NCBI GenBank assembly: GCA_030264375.1
Contig: JASCQW010000109.1
Coordinates: forward strand, 69,601,110-69,665,109
DNA length: 64,000 bases
Reading direction: 5' to 3'
Source: Carcharhinus longimanus
Taxonomy: Eukaryota
The translations under genes and the position numbers were made by a program. Shown piece by piece: positions 12,400-24,640 of the stretch. Numbering within the stretch: the first letter of the stretch is position 1; each line of letters starts with the position of its first letter. Under the pieces are notes generated by a model. The model ran no database searches, was not told the DNA's origin, and saw only the letters and a list, made by a program, of their open reading frames with translations.

Positions 12400-14120
12400 A
12401 GATATTGAATGGGCTGTGACGCCTGTTAGTCTGAATCCAATGCCTTGGAGGAATTCATAGAACTAATCACTTCAAAGAAGAACAAGTCTTTGAATTATTG
12501 AAGAAGTGATAGCAGCACATTTGGGAAATCATAATCTAAACAAACAGATTCAACATGGTTTCATGAAAGGGAAATCGTTCTGACTAATTTATTGGAGTGT
12601 TTTGAAGCAGTCAGAACCAGAGTGGTTACATGGGGAACAAGTTGTATTTGGACTTACAAAAGACGTTCAATAAGGTACATTAGAAAAAGTTAAGTTAATC
12701 ATAGAATCCCTACTGTGCACAAGGAAACCATTTATCCCATGAATCTGCAGCGACCACAATCCCATCCAAGCCCCATTTCCGTAAACCTACATATTTACAT
12801 TAGCTAATGCCCCTGACATTAATGTCAATTTAGCATAGCCAATCATCTGACCTGCACAACTTTGGACTATGAGAGGAAAACGGTGCACCCAGAGCAAACT
12901 CACGCAGACACGGAGAGAACATGCAGACTTTGCATAGTGGCGCGAGGCCGGAATTGAACCTGCATCTTTGGCGCTGTGAGGCAGCAGTGCTAACCACTGT
13001 GCCACCATACTGATCCCGTCTTAAGATAAGAGCCCATGGTGTTGGACGTAGTAGTTTGGCATCCATAGAAATTCGGTTAATGGGAAGGAAACAGCAAGTG
13101 AAGATAAGAGTTTTTTTTTCAGGTTGCAACCTCACATCAGTGGGATTTCAGAGGGACCAGTGTTTTATTTACTTGGAGGAAGGAAGCAAATGTCTGGTAG
13201 CGAAGTTTTTAGATGACACAAAATAGATGGAAAGGCAAAATGCGACAGAGATACGAACAGTTTACATACAGATATTAATAGGTTAAATAAGTTGGAAATG
13301 CTGGCAAACAGAGCATCACATGGAAAAATGTGAATTTTTTCAATTTGTAAGGGAAGCAAAGTAACAGTGTATTATTGAAATGGAGAAATCTGTCGAAAAT
13401 TGCAACACAGAGATTTAGAGGTGCTTGTGCACTAAAAATGGAAAGGTAGCACAGAAGTGCAGTCGATAATCAGGAAGGCAAATGGAACGTTGATCCTTAT
13501 TTCAAGGAGGTTGTAATATAAGATTAGGGATGTCTTGCTGCATCTGTAAAGGCATTTTTGAGGCCACACCTGAAGCATGGTGAGCAGTTTTTGTCCCCTT
13601 ATTTAAGGGGACATCTATCTCATTGGGGACATTTCAAGAAACGTTCACCGGGATAATCCTCAGTATGGAGGTGTTGGCTTTTGAAGAATGGTTAAATAGG
13701 TTGAGACACTGATGATTTGAATTTAGAAGAATGAGATGTGATCTCTTTAAAACATATAAGATTCATAAGGTGCTTAGCAGTGTAAATACCAGAGGATGTT
13801 CTCCCTCATGGGAGAGTCTAGGAGCAGAGGGCATAGCTTCAGAGTAAATAAGCGCCAAATTAAGACTGAGGGTAGGACGAATTTCTTCACTAAGAGGGTT
13901 GTGAGTTTTTGGAACACCTTGCCACAAAAATCTGTGGGGACTGAGTCTAGTCTATTGTTAATTCTGGGATAGATCTATCTTTGATCGGTAAGAAAATCAG
14001 GAGTTATGGGAAAAGGACAAGAAAGTGGACGCAAAGAATGCCAGCCATGATCCTATTAATAGGCTCAAGGGCCGGATGTCCTACTCATGTTCCTATATCT
14101 TATCGTCTTACGGTCTTATT
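12400..14120 (+). mobile_element. Degenerate CR1 LINE (RT to 3' UTR)
   Basis: caacatggtttcatgaaagggaaatcg (QHGF.KG.S), tagatgacacaaa (DDTK), agaagaatgagatgtgatctc, 3' UTR. Confidence 0.8.
12700..13010 (-). mobile_element. Full-length HE1-type tRNA-derived SINE nested in the CR1
   Basis: Minus strand ggtggcacagtggttagcactgctgcctcacagcgcc (A box) ..ggttcaattcc (B box); CR1-like tail. Confidence 0.85.
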
Positions 14121-14719
14121 AAAACTAACTTTCAAGGGCAAATTCCTGACATAAACTTTATTGCAAGAATTTTCAGAATGCTGGTATGGGGAAAATATCG
14201 AGTTGAAGTCCACTGGCGCTTTGCGACTTGCCAAACCAACACTGTTTGTCTGGATCCCATCCTTACATTATTGCCACATAGCGGCAAGAATCAGCGGCTA
14301 TGAACAGACAGCACAAAAATTAAATCCTTCCATTCAGTAGCATTTGGGCACCTCAAATCGAGGCCAAAGGTCCTATCAGTTATGAAATTGTCAAAACATC
14401 AGAACTCACACCTCGATATAAGTGGGAAATGATGTGGCATGAAGGGACAAAGGGGCATGGGGAGGGTTCTTTCGGGTATCAAGGGGCATTAGGGGCTTAT
14501 CGTAATCAGTTCGTCTTCAAATGCTGAGTGAAAACATTGTTTAACTCAGCATTGTACGTGTATTTCATACGCACGGTCAAACTGCTGTCTTTAATTAGGA
14601 GAAGTATAAGCATGCCTTGTCTTTCTAATACGCATCTGTCTTTCCGGGTCCCCAGAAAATTAGCTGAGTTTCTGAGTTAATTGTCTATCGATAATACCAA
14701 TAAGCCATCACCTCCTAGA

Positions 14720-15200
14720 GTATTGCCTGCCTTGGAGGATATGATCTTTGAAGAAAGGTTCATCAAATGTGGACTTTTTTTGCAGCGTTGGACTGTAAGG
14801 GAGTGGGGGTTGTTGTACGTGACCTAATAGAGGTTACAAAATTATGACAGGCTTGAATGGATTGGATAGTCAGAATCTTTTTCCCAGGGTCGAAAATTCA
14901 ACTTCTCGGGGACATAGGTTGAAAGTGAGCGGGGGGAAATTAAAAAGAGATGAAAACGGCAATTTTTCACACAGAGGTTGGTGAATGCCTGGAACGCGTA
15001 GCCGGAGGAGGGGGTGGAAGCAGATCCTAAAACAACATTCCAGAGGCATCTGGATAAATGCATGAATAGCAGAAAACAGAGGGATATGGACCAGGTAGAG
15101 GCAAGAAAATATCAGATTGTAGAGGCATCTGTGTCAGCACACACTTGGTGAGCCGAAGGGCCTTTTCCTGTGCTGTACTGTTCTTTGTTCCTTGTTCTTT
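14720..15200 (+). mobile_element. CR1 LINE 3' end
   Basis: gacctaatagaggttacaaaattatg..ttttcacacagaggttggtgaatgcctggaac..gccgaagggccttttcctgtgctgtactgttctttgttc. Confidence 0.8.
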
Positions 15201-15510
15201 CTGCATAAGCGTCATTGCTAACCAGTCCGTTCTCGCTTCGTTATTTCTGAGTTGTAAAAGAGGTCGTTATGTAAAATCAGGCGTGAAAAATACTGATACC
15301 AGTTCCAACATGTCGGCATTTAAAATTACGCTTACTACAACTTGGAGTAGCGTTGCCAATAACGAAATTTAATAGGATTTGATAAATTATAATTTAGATT
15401 TCAACAGCACCTCCAAAGTTTCGTATTTAACGGGTTTCTGCTCATCTCGACGCAATTATGTAAAACTATGAGCTGATATTCTCGCATTTGAGAAAAAAAA
15501 GTGTCTCGTT

Positions 15511-15616
15511 GCATTTTTGATTGAACAACCATAAATGTGAAATCGGCGCAATGAGTTTTCTCGTCATTCCAGCTTTAAGAATTGCTCGCAACCTGATTGG
15601 TTGGATGTGATTCTGC
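15511..15616 (+). promoter_or_regulatory. Promoter cassette of V2 (3' half lost in gap 15617-15838)
   Basis: TTTTTGATTGAACAAC, GCTTTAAG 15572, ATTGG 15596, then Ns. Confidence 0.75.
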
Positions 15617-15899
15617 NNNNNNNNNNNNNNNNNNNNNNNNNNNNNNNNNNNNNNNNNNNNNNNNNNNNNNNNNNNNNNNNNNNNNNNNNNNNNNNNNNNN
15701 NNNNNNNNNNNNNNNNNNNNNNNNNNNNNNNNNNNNNNNNNNNNNNNNNNNNNNNNNNNNNNNNNNNNNNNNNNNNNNNNNNNNNNNNNNNNNNNNNNNN
15801 NNNNNNNNNNNNNNNNNNNNNNNNNNNNNNNNNNNNNNAAAAATATTTCGGCGTGACCGAGCATTCGGGCTGAAGCAACTGGAATGATTTGTGCTGGAA

Positions 15900-18344
15900 A
15901 TGATATATTATAAAAGATTTTGGCTGTTCAGATGTTCGCTATTATACTGCATGTGGGTTTTCGATCAAATATCTGGAGAGATTCGCTATTCAATTCCCGA
16001 AGAGCTAAAACTGGGGGCCTTTGTCGGGAATATCGCAAAGGATTTGGGTTTAGACCTGAAGGAGGTCAAAGTTCGCAGCTTTCGGATTGTGCCTGGTCAC
16101 AAAAAACAATATTTCGACGTAAATCTAAACAATGGTAATTTATTTGTAAAGGAAAAGATTGACAGAGAAAATCTCTGCGGGCCGAGTGCGGCATGCCTGT
16201 TATCTTTACAGACAGTGATAGAAAACCCTTTCACTCTGCACGATGTTGAAGTGGAGATTCTGGATATAAACGATAATGCTCCGACATTTCCAAAAAATCA
16301 ATTCCGCCTTGAAATCTCCGAGGCGGCCGCGCCAGGAACCCGGTATCCACTTGATTCTGCGCACGATCCAGATATAGGAACCAACTCCCTGCAGTCATAC
16401 CAGCTACTAACAGACGAGAATTTTGCCTTGAATGTTGAGAGTCGAAATGCGAATAAAGATATGCCAGTATTAGTTTTGAAAAGGTCACTGGATAGAGAAA
16501 AAGTATCACATCACAGGTTACGCTTGATTGCCAAAGACGCAGGAATCCCAGCGCGGTCAGGAACAGCTGAGATAATAATCAGTGTACAAGATGCGAACGA
16601 CAACGCGCCTGTGTTCACCAAACCAGTTTACAACGTCAACCTTTCCGAAAATATAACCAGAGGGACATTGGTGATCAAACTAAATGCCACTGACTTGGAT
16701 GATGGTTCGAACGGAGAGATTATTTATTCTTTCGCCAGTCACACGGCGGTTAGAGTGCGGGAGTTGTTCAGCCTGGATTCTAAAACTGCAGAAATCAGAA
16801 TCAGGGGCAATTTAAACCATGAGGAGAACAAGCTTTTCGAGATTAATGTGCAAGCAATGGACAAGGGACCGAATGCAGTCCCTGCTTATTGCCTTGTGCT
16901 GGTTCACGTTGTGGATATCAATGATAACGCCCCAGAGGTGATTGTTTCTACGTCGTTCAGTCCAGTTAGCGAAGATTCAGTGTCGGGGACGGTTGTGGCT
17001 CTAATCAGTGCAACAGACAAAGATTCAGGAGAAAATGGGCAGGTGGAATGCAAAGTCGCAGGAAATGTTCCCTTTCAGCTGGATTCATCATCTAAGAAGT
17101 ATTTGACATTGCGTACAAAACAGGAACTTGATCGGGAAAATGTCTCCAGATATGAAGTCACAGTTGTGTGCAGTGATTCAGGATCTCCTCCTCTCACCTC
17201 ACAGAAAGTCATCTTGGTGGAGGTTTCGGATAAAAATGATAATGCGCCACGCTTTTTGCGACCTTTATATACAGCTTATATGATGGAGAATAACGTTATT
17301 GGCATGTCTATATTATCAGTGACAGCTTTTGATCCAGATTTAAACCAGAACTCCCGACTAAACTATTCCATACAACCGACACAGGTACAGGATGAGTCAG
17401 TATTTAGTTACGTCCACATCCAATCAGAAAATGGAACTATAATTTCTCAAAGGTCTTTTGACTATGAAAGACTCAAAAGTTTTCAGTTTGAAATTCAGGT
17501 TACGGACTCTGGAGCCCCGTCACTATCCAGCACCGTCACAGTAGAGGTGGTAATCCTTGATCAGAATGATAATGCTCCTGTCATCGTACATCCATTACCA
17601 GAATATGGATCTACAGTAACAGAGGTGGTTTCTCAATTTGCAGAACCAGGCTATCTAGTTGCCAAGGTGTCGGCCACAGATGCCGACTCTGGTCAAAACG
17701 CACGCCTCACTTACGAGATTCGTCAGGCTACTGAACCGGGACTTTTTACCATTTCACCTGATACAGGTGAAATCTGGACCATCCGAGGCATTATGAGCAA
17801 AGATGCCACAAGGCAAAGGTTGGTTATTGCTGCAAAAGACAACGGTTCACCGTCGCTTTCAGCCACAATGACAATCACCTTATCACTGACAGAGGGTGAT
17901 AAAGAAATGCTTTCTGATATGAGCAGTTTGTCTCAAGATCCAGGTTCCTTTAATCATGTCAGCCTTTACTTGGTCATATCTTTAGGGGTAACACCTTCTG
18001 TTTTCCTCGTCGTTTTAATTATCCTCGCTATTAAGGTTCATAAAAACAGGAATCGTTTTGGAGTTCATATCGGTTACCTGGACACTTGTTGTTGTTTCGA
18101 AGACCTGAATGAAATCCAAAAAGCCAGCAGAAATCTTGAACTTGGTCCGAACTACGTCGAAGTTTTGGGGGGCGAGCAACTTTCTCAAAGCTTCCGCTAT
18201 GACACTTGTTCGACTTCAGGTACAGTTAAGAAGGATACAAAGTTCCTTGACATCTACGGATCATCTGTATGCAAAACAAACGTACCGAATGGAAATGACG
18301 AACTTTTCCAGAATGTAAACATCCGGACCTCCGGAAATAATGAG
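15900..18344 (+). CDS. Clustered protocadherin variable exon V2
   Basis: ORF 15891-18359; ATG 15900; six cadherin repeats, TM and cytoplasmic motif; donor GAG|GTGAGG after 18344 (815 codons). Confidence 0.95.
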
Positions 18345-19259
18345 GTGAGGTACATCTGATAACAAAAATATTTTGAATTTCTTTTTTTTTCAGGCACCCG
18401 TTTAAATACTGGAAAACCAGTCGCCCGCCTTTAAGCAGATTTTGCAGAGAAATGGTAGATGTATCAATTATCTTGCATCTGAACCTATTTTAGTATTTCG
18501 ACCTTTAATAATCATGACTAATCAAGGCACCATTCGAGTTTTTAATTGAGAAGTCTAGCAGAAGTGGCAAGGGTCATGATGTAATTTAGCAGTAAAGTTG
18601 AGAGAAGTCAAAAATTGGCCAAAACGGCACCAAGATTGAGTTATCGCAGATTTCAGCAGCAAAGGGGCTGAAAGAATGTTTCACTCTTTGAGGTTCTGCA
18701 TGACCAAAATGAAGCAATTGGTCTGAATTCAGAAAGAAGAACGTGTCGCAGTTTTATAACTGGTCTTGAGAAGAAGCAGGGAAATAAATGAATACTGTGT
18801 TCCAGTACTATGGAGAAAGTTGACAGAAACGTTACGATAAGCATATTAACAAGAGTGGCCATTCAGCACCTCAAACGCATACCGCCTTTCAATTAGATCA
18901 TGGCGGGTCTACAACTTAAATCTATCTCATTCGTCTTGGTTCCATAATCCTTAAGATTCACAGTTCATAGGTATTTCGAATTTATTGTGATATGTTCAAT
19001 TGGCCCCAGCTGCCAGAGTCAGCTTCAGACGCAGAATCATTACAGAACAATCAAGCTCTAATTATAAGTTTGGCCCCTGTTGTTCTGGAATTTCTCACCG
19101 GTGGAGGTAGTTGGCGTTGATCATCCCTTAATCACCCTTAAAGTTTTAATTAGTTCATCCCTTCATTTGCTACATGCAATTGAATAAAAGTCTAAATTAT
19201 AAAACCTGTTCTTCCAAGCTAAAAGAAAAATCACTGTGATGAATCCATGCTGCATTTTT

Positions 19260-20340
19260 TTAATTCATTCATCGAATGTGAACGTCTCTGGCAAGAGCGA
19301 CATATTGCTACCCATCCTTAATTGTCCTTGAGAAGTTGGTGTCGAGTTGCTTTCTTGAAATACGGCAGCCCATGTTCTGGAGGTACGTGCGCAATATTGT
19401 TAGAGTGTGAAATGAGACTCTAGATGCTGGTATTCCTTTATACCTTCTACACTTATATTTGTGGGTGACCGTGATCGTTTGCTTCTGGCATGTGTTGAAA
19501 GGCGTTTGGAGATTAGCTGCAATGCATCTGGCAGATGGTGTACGTTGCCGCTTCTGTACACAACTGTCGTGGGAGATAACCTATCTGTTAATGGATAGGG
19601 CACCAATCAAAGTTTCTTTGGCCTGGATGGTGTCATAGAACCCTACAGTGCAGAAAGAGGCCATTCAGCCCATCGAGTCTACACCGACCACAATCACACC
19701 CAAGCCCTATCCCTATACATTACCAACTAATCCCTCTAACCTATATAACCCAGGACACTAAGGGGCAATTTAGCATGGCCAATTAACCTAACCCGCACAT
19801 CCTTGGACTGTGGGAGGAAACCAGAGTCCCCGGAGGAAACACAAGCAGTGCATACCATTCTATTAGCCTGTATTTCGGGCAAAGCTAAAATGAGGTCAGG
19901 ATCTCGGTGGCCTTTGTGAAACTAACAATCGTCAAACAGTTTGTTGGCAAGAAATACGTATTGAGAGCATTGTTGATTATCCCTTACATTAGGTGATTGG
20001 TGGGGCGGGAATTGGCTGGGTTGGATTTATCCTCCTTTCTGTGTACAGGACCTGTCGGGAAAACTTTCCACATTGTTAGTTGAATGCCAGTATTGTAGTT
20101 GTTCAGGAACAGCTTGGCTGGAGGTGCAGCACGTTTTGGAACATAGGACGTCAGTACTACGGCCAGAATATTGCCAAATTCAAAGCCTTTGCAGTTTCCG
20201 GTGACTTCAGCCATTTCTTAACTTCCCATGGAGAGAATTGAACTGACGAAACATAGGCATCTGTGATGCTGATTACCCCACAAGGAAACGGAGACAGGTC
20301 GCACATTCGGCACCTTCAGCTGAAGATTGTTGCAAATTTT
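19260..20340 (-). mobile_element. Degenerate LINE with nested SINE (19634-19850)
   Basis: Minus-strand PVHRKEDKSNPANSRP (RT N-terminal motif) and shared 3' tail; the SINE matches the 9445 copy. Confidence 0.65.
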
Positions 20341-21014
20341 TGAGTGTCTCCCTTGTGGAAGTAATGAAGCAAGTTTTATTTTATTTTAAACTCATCGGTG
20401 AATCTTCGTTCTGACAGCATAGTGATGTTCGGTTTAGAAAATTAATGTGCTTTACAGTTTAAGTAATGCCTGTTGTGAAACAATCATGGGCCACACCATG
20501 GCGCAGATTAACTACCGAATGAAGCTCATCATTTATATTTGCGTAGATTGCCCAAGTAATTCGACCTCACATTCAAAGCACTAGTCTGTCGTACCTGTGT
20601 GGTACTTAATGTCAATACAGTAACTTTGGTCCCTCTGGTGTAAGATTGTCAGATGAGTGCCAGAACGGAGGCAGCTCTGTGCAGTAGAATTGCGCCAATT
20701 TACAACTATGTTATTTGTAATTTATTTAAGGGTTGTGGCTTCGTTGGCACGGCCAGCATTTATTGCCCTTTCCTAATTATCCTTTCGAAGGCGACACTAA
20801 GCTTCCTTTTGAAACCGCTATAGTTCATAAGGCCTGGTACACCCAATGTGCCGTTACGTTGGGAGTTCCAGGAATTCGATCTAGCGACGGTGCAAAAACG
20901 GCGATATGTATCCAAGTCAGGATGGTAAGTGGCTTGGAGGGAAGCTTCGTGTTGCTGATGGTGAGAGTGAATGTTTATGGAAGGAATGGCAGTCAAGTTT
21001 AATTCACATCAAAT

Positions 21015-21330
21015 GGGGTGGCATGGCAGCTTGCACTGCTGCTTCACTGCGCCAGGAAGTTGTGTTCGATTCCGGCCTCGGGTGGCTCCGTGGGGTTTGC
21101 ACATTCTCCCCTTGACTGCGTGGGTTTCCTTTGGGGGCTCCGATTTCATCCCATAGTCTAAATGTGCATTGACCATGCCAATTTGTCCCTTAATATCCAA
21201 AGATGATCAATTCGCAATGTTAGGGGAATAGGTCGGGGAGTGGGCCAAGGAAGAGTCTTCTCTCCGAGTGTCGGGCTTGATGGGTAGAATGGATTCCTTC
21301 AGTACTGCAGGAATTTTATGAATTCTATGG
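21015..21330 (+). mobile_element. HE1-type SINE
   Basis: cactgctgcttcactgcgccagg..ttcgattcc..gtttgcacattctcccc..attttatgaattctatg tail. Confidence 0.75.
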
Positions 21331-22599
21331 AAACTTCTGAGGCACGGGGAAGCTCCATTGATCTCGATAAATTATTTACCATCCTAAAACACAACAGGTT
21401 AATTTGCTGTGCCATCTATTCTCTCATAATTCGCTTAAATAGTTTTCTTAAAGAATACAGCAATAAGGTAAGAGATAACTTCAAAATAATATGCCTATGT
21501 TTTTGGTTACCAGACAACAAAGCAGGAAAAGGGATCGCAAGGCCCACCAGTTGAAATTCAGTTGGTTAAATTTGGAAGTTTACTTTACCAACGACATACT
21601 GAAATGTAATGGAGATCTTGGCAATGAGCTTGCAATTACGCACTGCTTGATATATTACATAGTTCAATGGAGAGTTGTGTAATATTGCATACGACATTAT
21701 CGTGTGTACATATAATGATTTAGAGAAAGAAGTAGAAATATTCGGCTTAGCATTCAAACTTTGAGGGACTTTGAACACTGTTATGGGCAGAAATTGCACA
21801 ATAAAACTTCTTGATGTGTAACTGCATTGCGCGCTGATTTTCTTCGGATGAACACTGTCGCTAGCTCCCTATCTTCGACACATCTTACCAGTAGGGTCCG
21901 AAGAGAAGCAGCAATAATGGTAGATAAAGCCATGCCCTGTCAAATTAATGTAGATCTCCAAAAGTGCTGAAGATAAGAATCACACCTGATTCGGAGCCCT
22001 GGAAACTTAAGAATTTTCAACGAAATGTCCAAAACGTATGATGTGGGAAGCCTACGATTAGGAGTTGACTAATCACTAAACCTCATAACGTCACCTAAAA
22101 TGTGGACCACTGCGCCAGAAATTCATATGCTGATTGAATGAAAAACTGAAAGATAGCCTATCGTATCACTGGAACAACTGCACAAAGCAATGAAGCACGG
22201 TGCGAAACATTATTCACTCAAATCCATGAGCCGGGGAATGCGGCGGGGGGCGGGATTGGAGGCGGGGGAGGCAGGNNNNNNNNNNNNNNNNNNNNNNNNN
22301 NNNNNNNNNNNNNNNNNNNNNNNNNNNNNNNNNNNNNNNNNNNNNNNNNNNNNNNNNNNNNNNNNNNNNNNNNNNNNNNNNNNNNNNNGCAGGTTGGCAT
22401 CTTCAGAGGCACAGAGCTCTTGATGACATGATAGGCCGCATTTAAATTATTGCGTCAGCTGAAGTACGAGGGAAATGTGGCTGACTGATGATGACATTGT
22501 CAATTTTTGAAAGGATTTATAAAGAAGTGTAACATGTTAAAGTGATAATTTATGTGGTTTCAGCTTTTGCTTCTACTTAGCTCATGGATGTGGTGGTTA

Positions 22600-23230
22600 C
22601 TCTTGAAAAGTCGCGACTGGATGCATTCCTTGTGAATGTTGCGATCGCTAATGATCGAGGTATTTCGCAACTGAATAGCATTTAAACAGTGAAACGTCTG
22701 TGATATATTGCACATCAATTCACTAATCCACTAAAAGAGTGCGAATTTGAGCTCCCTCATTCTTGGTGATACTTGATATATGTGTTGAGAATTTGCCAAC
22801 ATTTCAGTTCAATGTGAGAGTCGACCTGTTGGTTACGGAAGATAAGCTCCTCCCCCTTGAGAGCATGATTGGTCCAGATGTTGGCAGCAACTCCTTACCA
22901 GCTGCTTCTCCTGGAATATTTCATCCCAGACAAACAGGCCAAAAGTAGCGTTGGAATGTTATCTATCTTTACGCTAGACAACGCCTTGGATCAAGTAAAG
23001 TAATCAGCGCAAAACGTAGCCGGACTCGACAATGATAGTGATGTGGTTGAAAGACATTAGGTTGTCTCGTAGATATCTGACAGCTAGGTGTGAATCGCAA
23101 TCTAGGGTGCAAAGGACAAGGTGTTTATATTTTATCAATTAGCTTATAATGCCGGTTCATTGGAAAAGAAGTGCAACCGAGCTCTGGCCATCAAACTAAT
23201 GGCTTCAACAACGGTTCCAACGGAAAGACG
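22600..23230 (+). pseudogene. Highly decayed cPcdh variable exon relic (traces of EC1-EC3)
   Basis: ORF pieces VILDICVENLPTF...LPLESMIGPDVGSNSL (cf. EILDVNDNAPTF...FPLESAHDPDVGSNSL) and FYQLAYNAGSLEKKCNRALAIKLMA followed by ggttccaacgga (cf. FSQSVYNISLLENAPKGALVIKLNA...GSNG), in collinear order. Confidence 0.7.
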
Positions 23231-24220
23231 TTGTAGTTTTCGGTATACACGCATCTGGTGTATTGTTTCAGTTAGATTAATAGAAACAATATTGGGCAGT
23301 TCAGATCCAACAGCTTACTTTGCTTTTAATTGGGTTTTGGATAATCGGTAACTAAACTGCATTTACTCAAATTAGGTCAATCTCCTTTACCTAACACAAA
23401 TCTACCGAGGCCAGTCTTAAAAACGTTATTTTCGTAGAAGTTATAGGTTTTGCCCGAGAACGTTCCAGAGTTGCTCTCTTCTAAAATGCCAAATCCTACC
23501 TTTACTATTCTGTATGCATCAACATTTGTTGCAATCCCTACTTGCCAGCTTTTTTCCACATCACCATTATTATTTAGTGGAGGGAAATCTTCATCACAGC
23601 AGCATGTTAAGGAATTGTCACACTGACTGCAACAAGTGTGTATTAATAATGTGATTGCTGCGAAGCAGAGTTGTCACCAAGTTTATAGCTGAAGTTTTTG
23701 ATCTTAGCTTTAAACAGCATAGTTATGATTCTGAAAAGTCCCCTTAACTAGGAAACACTTTTTACGTAGCTTAGTGCGGTGATATACACTATATACTGAT
23801 GTGTACTAATATAAAAGAACATACTGGAAAAAGGAATATGATCCAACAAGAGTTGAAAACATTATTTAGTTGAATTTTTGATGTATTTGACTAAGCTTTC
23901 AGCACCAAATTTAAGGAGCTGACAGCAGCTCACCTATTAAGCATGATATCCATTTTATGTAGCATTTGAGGATTTGTTGGATATCTTAACTTAATGGTAT
24001 AAGCTTTTGACTGCTACTAATAGATATGTAAAGACCAGCTCCGACGAAGTGTTAGCCAGGCGAGAAACGTTAGCTCTGTTCTCCCGCCACAGATGTTTCA
24101 GACCTACTGTGATTTTCCAGCATTTTTTGTTTCTGTTTCAGATTTCAGAACCAGCAGCATTTTGCTGCCTATAAAGTAAAACCCTGCAATCCATTAAAAC
24201 ATGGAAATAACGAGCAATTA

Positions 24221-24410
24221 CATTTTTGATTGAACAACCATAAATATGAATGTCACTCAATGATTTTCGAAGACATTACAGCTTTAAGAGCTAAGCAGAT
24301 GCCTGATTGGCTGGAGCTGATTAGACTCTATCCACCAATGATCAGCTGCAATTTGCCTGGCGATCCCGACTGTCCCCTTCCCTTCCGATCCAACATTGCG
24401 CAGAGGCAGT
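24221..24410 (+). promoter_or_regulatory. Promoter cassette of V3
   Basis: TTTTTGATTGAACAAC, GCTTTAAG 24281, ATTGG 24306, CCAAT 24335, GATC 24362..CCCCT. Confidence 0.8.
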
Positions 24411-24640
24411 TTAACGTTGAAGGTCGGGCCCGCAGCATTGTCAGCGATTTTGCATTTGAAACTAAACGGTGATTATTCACAAAAAGATCGGCATGGAAGC
24501 GGTTTTCAGACATTTAAAATGACAAGTACTTCGGGAAGCCTGCTCCTTCCGCAAAGAAAATAATGCATCAGTAGCTTCATCCGAATGATTTATCGAACTG
24601 AGCTCTCGCACTGAAACAATTGGGATGCTTTGTGCTGGAA

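Noticed and set aside
12940-13010. tRNA-like A and B boxes (also 37312, 21015, 39700)
   Set aside because: These are SINE heads joined to SINE bodies, not tRNA genes.
22232-22275. G-rich, G-quadruplex-like run
   Set aside because: Abuts an assembly gap and has no context or conservation support.
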